From: an uncultured Planctomycetia bacterium
GTDB taxonomy: Bacteria > Omnitrophota > Gorgyraeia > JABMRG01
Direction of reading: 5' to 3'
Assembly (NCBI GenBank): GCA_964634945.1
Contig: CAZWMG010000004.1
Location: 52,528 to 116,527 of the forward strand
DNA length: 64,000 nt
Within the stretch, counting starts at the first letter, position 1, and the number at the start of each line of letters is the position of its first letter. Positions 51,898-59,716 of the stretch are shown here, piece by piece. The position numbers and the translations under genes are program-made. Under the pieces are notes generated by a model, which did not search any database, was not told where the DNA came from, and saw only the letters and a program-made list of their open reading frames with translations.

Positions 51898-52631
51898 AAA
51901 AAATATTTCAAAGATCTAAGTCCACGTTGGACGTAGCGACGCATTATTGCGCAGGTTGTGGGCATGGTATTATCCACAGGCTTATCGCGGAGATTATAGA
52001 TGAACTCAAGGTCCGCGAGAAAATTATAGCGATTGCGCCTGTTGGGTGCGCTGTCTTAGCTTATGATTATTGGAATTTTGATACAACAGAGGCGGCGCAT
52101 GGTAGATGCCCCGCGGTTGCCACAGCGATAAAGAGATTACGTCCTGAAAATATAGTATTTACATATCAGGGAGATGGAGATTTAGCGTCAATAGGTATCG
52201 CGGAGACTATACATGCCGCTAATAGAGGGGAAAACATTACTATTGTATTTGTGAATAATGGCGTATATGGGATGACAGGCGGGCAGATGGCCCCGACAAC
52301 TCTTATAGGGCAAAAGACAGCCACTTCTTTGTTAGGCAGGGATTCCATTTCAGATGGAAACCCCATGAAGATGCTTGAAATGCTCGCTGTTTTGGATAGT
52401 GTAAAATATTTGGAAAGGGTTTCGGTGCATTCTCCCCGGCATGTTTTAAAGACCAAACAGGCAATAAGAAAGGCGTTTAAAAATCAGATTAATAATAAAG
52501 GTTTTTCCATGGTTGAGGTTCTTTCCATGTGCCCAACATATACAAGCCGCTCGATAGAGGCGTCTATTCAATGGATTAAAGAGAGGGTGTTGAAAGACTA
52601 CCCGCTAGGCATTATCAAGGATGAAGGTTAA
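51894..52631 (+). CDS. 2-oxoacid:ferredoxin oxidoreductase beta subunit
   Basis: YCAGCGHG, HGR, GDGD..NN TPP motif, YGMTGGQ. Confidence 0.93.
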   Translation: MKKIFQRSKSTLDVATHYCAGCGHGIIHRLIAEIIDELKVREKIIAIAPVGCAVLAYDYWNFDTTEAAHGRCPAVATAIKRLRPENIVFTYQGDGDLASIGIAETIHAANRGENITIVFVNNGVYGMTGGQMAPTTLIGQKTATSLLGRDSISDGNPMKMLEMLAVLDSVKYLERVSVHSPRHVLKTKQAIRKAFKNQINNKGFSMVEVLSMCPTYTSRSIEASIQWIKERVLKDYPLGIIKDEG

Positions 52632-52635
52632 GAGC

Positions 52636-53190
52636 ATGAAAGACGAGAGAATAATATGCGCCGGCTTTGGCGGCCAAGGCATAATGATACTGGGTAAGTT
52701 GATTGCCTACAGCGTAATGGAAAGAAACTACAATGTTACATGGATGCCGTCATATGGCGCGGAGGTAAGGGGTGGTACCGCTCATTGCATGGTTATTGTC
52801 TCGGATAAAGAGATCGCCTCGCCAATAACTTCTTATTGCGATACGGCCATTATATTGAATAACCCATCCATGGATAAGTTCCGCTCAATAATTAGCCCGC
52901 GTTCGATCCAAACAGGTAGGCGGGGCCTTATTATACTTAATAGTTCGCTTGTTACTAAAGAGGTCAAGAGAAAAGATGTCGATATTCTCAGGATTCCTAT
53001 GACGGAGATCGCGCTTGAGCTCGGGAATGTACGAGCGGCGAATATGGTCGCGCTTGGCGCGTATATGAAGTTAAGAGGATTATTTGTTAAGAAAGATGTT
53101 ATTAGAGGCATAAGGATAGCCTTTTCAGGTAACAAAGATATTATAGATATCAATATAAGGGCATTGGATAGAGGTGAGGCCCTGGCATGA
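52636..53190 (+). CDS. 2-oxoacid:ferredoxin oxidoreductase gamma subunit
   Basis: AGFGGQG, PSYGAEVRGG, NMVALGA. Confidence 0.93.
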   Translation: MKDERIICAGFGGQGIMILGKLIAYSVMERNYNVTWMPSYGAEVRGGTAHCMVIVSDKEIASPITSYCDTAIILNNPSMDKFRSIISPRSIQTGRRGLIILNSSLVTKEVKRKDVDILRIPMTEIALELGNVRAANMVALGAYMKLRGLFVKKDVIRGIRIAFSGNKDIIDINIRALDRGEALA

Positions 53191-54536
53191 ATAATAAAAC
53201 GCAGATAGAAAAAGGCAAACAAGTCAATCTCAATAATGGTGTAAGAGTCCGCTTTGCCCCCTCACCCACAGGTTCCCTGCATATAGGCAGCGCTAGAACA
53301 GCGCTGTTTAATTGGCTGTATGCCAGGAATCAAGGTGGCGAGTTCATATTACGTATAGAGGATACGGATAAAGAGCGTTCCGACGAACAACATATAGATG
53401 AGATACTATCGAGCCTGAAATGGCTGGGCTTAAATTGGGATGGCGAGGTATTGTATCAAAGCAAAAGATTTGATATCTATAAGCAATATGCTGAAGAGCT
53501 TGTAGCCCAGGAAAAGGCTTATTATGAAGAGTCAGATAAAGGCAGGGCCATCAAATTAAAGGTTATAAAGGATGAGCCCATTATCTTTTATGACGCGGTC
53601 CATGACAAGATAGAGGTCAACTCAAATACTGTCGATGACTTTGTAATCATAAAATCAGATGGTTCCCCAACATATAATTTTGCATGCGTAGTAGATGACG
53701 CGGATATGAATATAACGCATATAATAAGAGGCGATGACCACATTACAAATACCTCGAAACAGCTGATCATATATCAGGCCTTAGGCAAAAAGCCGCCGAA
53801 ATTCGCGCACATACCATTGATTCTTGGCGAGGATAAGTCGCGCATGTCAAAGCGACACGGCGCTACATCGATACAAGAGTACAAAACAAGAGGGTATTTT
53901 TCCAAGGCGCTTGTGAACTTTTTATCGCTTATGGGCTGGTCGCCAAAAGATGACAGAGAAAAGATGAGCCTTGACCAGATAGTAAAGCTGTTTTCTTTAA
54001 AGGCGATCGTTAAGACGGGCGCCGTGTTTAATATACAGAAACTTAACTGGCTAAATGGAGAATATATAAGAGAAGCGCCTATCAGTGAACTTACGGATTT
54101 TGTGGCAGCGCACCTGACAGAGAAAGGCATAATCAAAGAAGATTGTGATAGACAATGGCTCGAGGCTGTTGTAAAATCTTTCCAAACACGCTTCTGTAAT
54201 ATAGATGATTTTATCGAACGGTCAGGGTTTTTGTTCAGTGAGGATATTGATATAGACCAGTCGATTGTTAGCGAGCACCTAAGCAATGAAAAGACGCGTA
54301 ATTTGCTCTTAAAATTAAAACAGAGCCTTGAAACGCTAGATCCGTTTACAGTAGAGTCGATAGAGCAGGCAGTACGTTCTTTAGCAGCTGTGGAAGAAGT
54401 TAAGGCAGCGGATATAATACATCCGGCACGTGCGGCATTGACAGGCAGAACAGCCGCACCGGGAATATTTGACGTAATACACCTTATTGGAAAAGAGCGA
54501 GCAATTAAACGCTTAGATAAGGCTATAAAGCATTAA
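53187..54536 (+). CDS. gltX: Glutamate-tRNA ligase
   Basis: RFAPSPTG.LHIGS, LRIEDTD, IRGDDH, RMSKR. Confidence 0.97.
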   Translation: MNNKTQIEKGKQVNLNNGVRVRFAPSPTGSLHIGSARTALFNWLYARNQGGEFILRIEDTDKERSDEQHIDEILSSLKWLGLNWDGEVLYQSKRFDIYKQYAEELVAQEKAYYEESDKGRAIKLKVIKDEPIIFYDAVHDKIEVNSNTVDDFVIIKSDGSPTYNFACVVDDADMNITHIIRGDDHITNTSKQLIIYQALGKKPPKFAHIPLILGEDKSRMSKRHGATSIQEYKTRGYFSKALVNFLSLMGWSPKDDREKMSLDQIVKLFSLKAIVKTGAVFNIQKLNWLNGEYIREAPISELTDFVAAHLTEKGIIKEDCDRQWLEAVVKSFQTRFCNIDDFIERSGFLFSEDIDIDQSIVSEHLSNEKTRNLLLKLKQSLETLDPFTVESIEQAVRSLAAVEEVKAADIIHPARAALTGRTAAPGIFDVIHLIGKERAIKRLDKAIKH

Positions 54537-54549
54537 CACAGTTAATCGC

Positions 54550-54717
54550 TGCCCCGTGGTATAATTTTTTAACCATGCATCGTGATTGCAGAGCAATCTC
54601 TGATGCATGGGGCAACACGGCTGATTCTGCAGTGAACCAGAGCCCCGAAGGGGCACGGTACACTGCAGCAGTAAACCGTGTTTTGTGTAACAAAACTCTG
54701 GTTTGCTGCTGGTTCAG
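54550..54717 (+). pseudogene. Duplicated 5' half of tRNA-Gln interrupted by three hairpin insertions
   Basis: TGCCCCGTGGTATAATT + insert + GGCAACACGGCTGATTCTG + two inserts + GTTCAG, collinear with the intact tRNA at 54756. Confidence 0.85.
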
Positions 54718-54755
54718 TATAATATTTATGAAAGAAAAGTTCTCTGATTAATCGC

Positions 54756-54830
54756 TGCCCCGTAGTATAATTGGCAACACGGCTGATTCTGGTTCAGCTA
54801 TTCTTGGTTCGAGTCCAAGCGGGGCAGCCA
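54756..54830 (+). tRNA. tRNA-Gln(CTG)
   Basis: TGCCCCG...GCTGA TT CTG GT TCAGC...GGTTCGAGTCC...CGGGGCAGCCA. Confidence 0.95.
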
Positions 54831-55262
54831 TCAGCCTTCGCGCTTTTAACGCGCAGGTTACTTATGCGCTACGGCTGATTGGCTAGCATATTATGTATTA
54901 CACCTATATTCTTAGAAGCAAGAAAGATAATAGTAAATTCTATATTGGATATACAGCTAATTTAGAGAAGCGGTTAAAGGAGCATAACGAAAGTAGAATG
55001 TTGTATACTAAGCGTCATGCTCCTTGGTATGTAGAGACATACGTATCATTCACTAATCAGCAGCTAGCCAAGCAGTTTGAACAATATCTCAAAAGTGGTT
55101 CTGGCAAAACATTTCTCAAGCGAAGGCTGACAAGTCAGCCGTAGCTGCCAAGTTATATTGCCTGAGAAAATGCGAAGGCTGATGGCACATGGATAAGGCC
55201 GGCGAAGCCTGGACACGATATAGCCTGTTGCAAAGGCGAAGCTGTGCCAAGCGGGGCAGCCA
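54827..55262 (+). mobile_element. GIY-YIG mini-element at the tRNA-Gln 3' end
   Basis: 15-bp IR GCCATCAGCCTTCGC (54827) / GCGAAGGCTGATGGC (55172-55186), inner 11-bp IR, and a 16-bp direct repeat of the tRNA 3' end at 55247-55262. Confidence 0.7.
54893..55144 (+). CDS. Small GIY-YIG nuclease (UPF0213/SLX1-like)
   Basis: YYTYILRS..FYIGYT.NLEKRLKEHN..YTK..PW..A..FE.YLKSGSG. Confidence 0.92.
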   Translation: MYYTYILRSKKDNSKFYIGYTANLEKRLKEHNESRMLYTKRHAPWYVETYVSFTNQQLAKQFEQYLKSGSGKTFLKRRLTSQP

Positions 55263-55299
55263 CATTGTATGCGCAACACTTATGAAGGGATATTCTATC

Positions 55300-55983
55300 A
55301 TGCCGCATATAAAAGGAAAGACAGTAATACAGGACAGGTTTGTTCATCTCCTTGTAGTGCTTCTGTCGCTTTTTTTGTTATATCCATTTTTCCAGGATAC
55401 AGAAGCCACGATTCCCGTTGTTCCATTGATATTTTTAATATCGATCGTATTGATTTTAAGGGCCCTTCGCCTTCATAGAAAAATATTTAAGTTTTCTATA
55501 GCTATAGCAGCCCTTGTCTATCTGGCAGATCTCTTCTTTGCCTTTGAAAAGATTATTTACCTTAAAGAACTTTTTGCGGTAATTACTGCCCTTATATATA
55601 CGGGTTTTCTTATTATAGCGATCATAGCTCTTACCAGAAAACTCTTCTCTGTGAGAAAAGTTAGTACCGATACTATAGTTGGCGGGATATGCGTATATAT
55701 GCTTATTGGATTTCTATGGACACTTCTCTATTACCTTATATATAGTTTTGATAAGGGCGCTTTTTCTCTGCAGGCGCAAAACGCTAACCCTAATCTCTTT
55801 TATTTTAGCTTTACTACATTAACCACAACCGGTTTTGGCGATATATATCCGTTGGACAAGGTTGCCATGGCGCTAGCAAGCCTGGAGGCTGTAGTCGGGC
55901 AGATATATCTTGCTGTGCTTATTGCGCGATTGGTAGGCCTTCATGTTATCAACCAGATGGAACGAGATATCCAAAAAAAATAG
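55300..55983 (+). CDS. Potassium channel family protein (Ion_trans_2)
   Basis: YFSFTTLTTTGFGDIYP filter, EAVVGQIYLAVLIARLVG; start moved to ATG 55300. Confidence 0.9.
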   Translation: MPHIKGKTVIQDRFVHLLVVLLSLFLLYPFFQDTEATIPVVPLIFLISIVLILRALRLHRKIFKFSIAIAALVYLADLFFAFEKIIYLKELFAVITALIYTGFLIIAIIALTRKLFSVRKVSTDTIVGGICVYMLIGFLWTLLYYLIYSFDKGAFSLQAQNANPNLFYFSFTTLTTTGFGDIYPLDKVAMALASLEAVVGQIYLAVLIARLVGLHVINQMERDIQKK

Positions 55984-56044
55984 CAAGCCTTTTTTTAAAT
56001 AATTTACTCAAACCCCCCCACAAGAAAGTTTAACAGATTAAAAT

Positions 56045-57199
56045 ATGCAAAAAGAGTACGAGATAGATATATATAGCCTCGCTTACGGAGGAGATGGCAT
56101 AGGAAGGCTCGATGAGAAGGTCTGCTTTGTAGCGGGCGCCTTGCCCGGCGAGAGGGTCTGTTTTAAAAAACAGGTTGAAAAGAAGAGTTTTATACGGGGT
56201 GTGACCACAAAGGTTCTTACAAGATCAAACGACCGCATAGAACCTGTTTGCCAGTATTATGGTAAATGCGGAGGATGTCAATACCAGCATATTGATTACA
56301 AAAAAGAGGTATTTTATAAGGCCCAGCAGGTTCAAGACATCTTTAAGCGTATCGGCGGCTTTGAAGAATTTGAGTTTCAGGGCATAAAACCCTCTTCTTC
56401 GGAATACGGGTATCGTTCGTCCATTACGCTTCATAAATCGGCCGATGGCTACGGCTATTTTACAAAGCATGATAACATTATTATTCCTATAAAGTCATGC
56501 CCGCTTGCTGTTGATAGCATTAATACAACTTTTGCCACGCTCTCCGATCTTACCAATAAAAGAGACGTTACAATCAAGTGCGATAATTTAGGTAATACAT
56601 GGATAAGCGGCTATCAGGGGCATAGATTTTTTAAGGATAGTTTTTTGAATGCAGAACTCACGTTTTCACCAATGGCGTTTTCGCAATCAAACAAGCACAT
56701 CGCTCCCACTATAGTAGAGCTGCTTCGCGAATGGATGAAAGATGAGGAGAGCGCCACACTTTTTGATCTCTATTGTGGAGTAGGTTTTTTTAGTATGCTT
56801 CTTAGTTATATGTTTAAGACCATTATTGCTATAGATGACAACAGCGTGGCCATAGATTGCGCCAAGGCTACCAAAAAAAATATTTCTGCTGATAAGATAA
56901 AATTTTATTGCGGGGACACGGATATAATCTTTCCTTCCTGTTATGAGAGGTCGCATTCTGCGACAAACACCATCCTTATTGATCCCCCCCGCACAGGCAT
57001 AAGCAAAAAGCTCGTTAATATCTTAATGGATATAAAGGACACAAAGAGCCTGTATTACATATCATGCGATCCAGCCACACTCGCGCGTGACGCGAAGCTT
57101 CTTACGCAGTCAGGCACGTGGACATTAAGCCGTGTTAGCTCATTCGATATGTTTCCCCGAACAAAACACATTGAATCCGTTGCCTTATTTAAAAGGTGA
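56045..57199 (+). CDS. rlmD: TRAM-domain 23S rRNA m5U methyltransferase (RlmD/TrmA family)
   Basis: ALPGE TRAM, C...CGGCQ Fe-S motif, DLYCGVG, DPPRTG, YISCDP, DMFPRTKHIE. Confidence 0.9.
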   Translation: MQKEYEIDIYSLAYGGDGIGRLDEKVCFVAGALPGERVCFKKQVEKKSFIRGVTTKVLTRSNDRIEPVCQYYGKCGGCQYQHIDYKKEVFYKAQQVQDIFKRIGGFEEFEFQGIKPSSSEYGYRSSITLHKSADGYGYFTKHDNIIIPIKSCPLAVDSINTTFATLSDLTNKRDVTIKCDNLGNTWISGYQGHRFFKDSFLNAELTFSPMAFSQSNKHIAPTIVELLREWMKDEESATLFDLYCGVGFFSMLLSYMFKTIIAIDDNSVAIDCAKATKKNISADKIKFYCGDTDIIFPSCYERSHSATNTILIDPPRTGISKKLVNILMDIKDTKSLYYISCDPATLARDAKLLTQSGTWTLSRVSSFDMFPRTKHIESVALFKR

Positions 57200-57252
57200 T
57201 AAGCAAGATAGTCCTTATGTGCCACAACCGTTATTCCATATCAAAAAATACA

Positions 57253-58004
57253 TTAAATAGGGACAGCGCCCATTTAAATTTTTTCTTGCTTATGGGCGAT
57301 TCCTGTAATATTATATATTCATGCCAAGAACCGCAAGAATAGTTTTCGAAGAATATCCGCACCATATCACTCAAAAAGGAAATTACGGGCAGAAGGTATT
57401 TACTAAAAATTCCGAATACAGTATTTACCTCGAATGGCTAAATGAATATGCTATCAAGTATAAATTAAGCATACTTGCATATTGCCTTATGCCCAACCAT
57501 GTTCATTTTGCTGCTATTCCAAATAAGTCCGATTCTCTATCCAAGACTTTTAATACATGTCATATGCGTTATGCGCAGTATTTTAACAAACGCAATAGAA
57601 TTTCAGGCCACTTGTGGAAAGGCAGATTTTATTCCGCTGTTTTAGATGATAATCATTTATATTACGTTGTAAGATACATAGAAAATAACCCGGTGCGAGC
57701 CAAGCTTGTAAAAAGAGCGGGGGATTGGAAGTGGTCGAGTGCGAATACCCATTTAAATGGCGCAAAAAGTATTTTGCATCTGGGCAACATAAGGAAATAT
57801 ATTGATAATATAGACTGGGCAGACTATCTGCAAAAAAGAGAAGATGACGCAATTGTCAAAACCATAAGAGATACGACACTGAGCGGGAAGCCCATGGGAA
57901 GTGATTCGTTTATAGAAAAGCTAGAAAAACTATCAGGAAAAAGTTTAAGGACATTACCGCGCGGCAGGCCTCGGCAAAAATAAATGGGCGCTGTCCCTAT
58001 TTAA
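57253..58004 (+). mobile_element. RAYT/IS200-like element bounded by perfect 24-bp inverted repeats
   Basis: TTAAATAGGGACAGCGCCCATTTA (57253-57276) and its reverse complement (57981-58004). Confidence 0.85.
57321..57983 (+). CDS. REP-associated tyrosine (HUH/Y1) transposase
   Basis: MPR.AR, HITQKGN, AYCLMPNHVH (HUH), GHLWKGRF, YIENNPVRA, WKWSS. Confidence 0.93.
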   Translation: MPRTARIVFEEYPHHITQKGNYGQKVFTKNSEYSIYLEWLNEYAIKYKLSILAYCLMPNHVHFAAIPNKSDSLSKTFNTCHMRYAQYFNKRNRISGHLWKGRFYSAVLDDNHLYYVVRYIENNPVRAKLVKRAGDWKWSSANTHLNGAKSILHLGNIRKYIDNIDWADYLQKREDDAIVKTIRDTTLSGKPMGSDSFIEKLEKLSGKSLRTLPRGRPRQK

Positions 58005-58202
58005 CGGCTTTTTTGACTATAGCGGGAATCCCTCTAACATGTTCGATATCAAATGGGCTCGCCTTCGGGTTTACAGCGTATCCTATGTGCAAGATATTTT
58101 CCAGATATAAAAACAGCATTAATTTGGATTATTATTGAAATGTATTGTTTAAGCAGATAGAATATTAGATAGTATAAGTATATTCCCAAAAAAGGAGGAC
58201 GT

Positions 58203-58568
58203 ATGCCGCTAGAGGTAATGGTATTAGAAAAAGAAGAGGGTGTGTTTGTTGTCTCTCCAACAGGTTCTGTTGACTCGGATACTTACTTGGTTTTAGAAAA
58301 AGAAGTGGATATGATTTTAGAAAAAAAACCCAAGGTAGTTATCTTTGACATGCGCGGAGTAAACTATATAAGCAGTTCCGGTTTAGGGGTTGTCTTTAAA
58401 GCAAAAAAGACCCTTAGGCAGAACCAGGGAAAGCTCTATCTTGTAAATCTTACTCCGCCGGTAAAAAAAGTATTTGATGTTGTAAATGCCCTTCCTGAGC
58501 AGGAGGTCTTCGCGAGCGTAGAAGAGCTGGATAACTATCTCGATAAGATACAGAACGAAGAGCGCTGA
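58203..58568 (+). CDS. STAS-domain anti-sigma factor antagonist
   Basis: DMRGVNYISSSGLG phosphoacceptor motif; AGGAGG RBS. Confidence 0.92.
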   Translation: MPLEVMVLEKEEGVFVVSPTGSVDSDTYLVLEKEVDMILEKKPKVVIFDMRGVNYISSSGLGVVFKAKKTLRQNQGKLYLVNLTPPVKKVFDVVNALPEQEVFASVEELDNYLDKIQNEER

Positions 58569-58708
58569 TTTTCGGTCTTTGTTTTTCAATTGCAGGTTGT
58601 AGCTAAAACCGGATATAAAACATTATTAGCGTGGAAAGACACCCATTTTGTTTGAAGCCCAAGTAATAGTTATTTATCACTACGACTGTATCAGCCCGGT
58701 ATGAAATT

Positions 58709-59716
58709 ATGCATAAAGTGTCTACGAAAATATTCTTAAATACAGCCATATTAACCTGTCTTTTTCTTGCTATAAATCTTTCATATGCGTCAGAAGATGA
58801 ATTAGAAAAAGCCTCCTTTATCTCTCAATGGGTTCCTCAGGCACAGTTCGCGGGATATTACCTTGCGCATGAAAAGGGGATATATAAAAAATACGGCTTA
58901 GATGTTGATATTATCAATGGCGGGCCGCATATTTCTCCATGTGACTCTCTTAAGGAGAAGAGGGTGGATTTTATCAATATCGGCCTTAATACCGCGATTG
59001 AGGCAAGGGCTAACGGTTTGAACCTTGTCAATATAGGACAACTTGTGCAAAAGTCAGCAATGATGCTGGTGGCTAAGAAATCCAGCGGCATAGAAAAAAT
59101 AGAGGATATAAATAATAAAAAGATAGGCGTATGGACAGGGATCTCGCAAATTCAGGCCTTAAGTTTTATAAAAAAATACAATCTTAACGTGGAGGTCGTG
59201 CCACAGACATATTCTGTAAACCTTTTTCTTCGCGATGGCGTTGATGTGGCATCAGCTACGTGGTACAACGAATACCACACTATTCTTAATTCCGGTTATG
59301 ACGCGGATGAGCTGATAACGTTTTTCTTTAGCGAGTATGATTTGAATTTCCCGGGAGATGGTATCTATACACTGGAGGAGACATTTCAGAGTAGGCCGAA
59401 TTTTTGCGGTGATTTTGTCAGGGCATCTATAGAAGGATGGATCTATGCCTTTACCCATTCGGAGGAAGCCTTAGATATTGTCTTAAGACATACTAAAGAG
59501 GCCAATATCCCCGCGAATAGAATGCATCAGAAGTGGATGCTGGAGAGGATGGAGGATCTGATGCTTATTGATAAGAGCATTGAGATCTCAGGTGTCTTGC
59601 GAAAAGATGATTATTATCGGGTAGCAAAGGAATTAAAAAACGCGGGCATAATAAGCAATATTCCCCCGTTTAATGTTTTTTATAAAGATTGTGATAATTA
59701 TTATGATAAAAAATAG
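58709..59716 (+). CDS. NMT1/THI5-like periplasmic substrate-binding protein
   Basis: Signal peptide; QWVPQAQFAGYY.A.EKG, YNE, F.RASIEGW.YA. Confidence 0.88.
   Translation: MHKVSTKIFLNTAILTCLFLAINLSYASEDELEKASFISQWVPQAQFAGYYLAHEKGIYKKYGLDVDIINGGPHISPCDSLKEKRVDFINIGLNTAIEARANGLNLVNIGQLVQKSAMMLVAKKSSGIEKIEDINNKKIGVWTGISQIQALSFIKKYNLNVEVVPQTYSVNLFLRDGVDVASATWYNEYHTILNSGYDADELITFFFSEYDLNFPGDGIYTLEETFQSRPNFCGDFVRASIEGWIYAFTHSEEALDIVLRHTKEANIPANRMHQKWMLERMEDLMLIDKSIEISGVLRKDDYYRVAKELKNAGIISNIPPFNVFYKDCDNYYDKK

Noticed and set aside
54550-54717. Intron-containing functional tRNA-Gln
   Set aside because: Inserts are far too short for group I/II introns and no T-arm or acceptor 3' half follows GTTCAG.
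55189-55299. N-terminal extension of the K+ channel ORF
   Set aside because: It runs through the hairpin and tRNA-end duplication; ATG 55300 after AAGGGA is more plausible.
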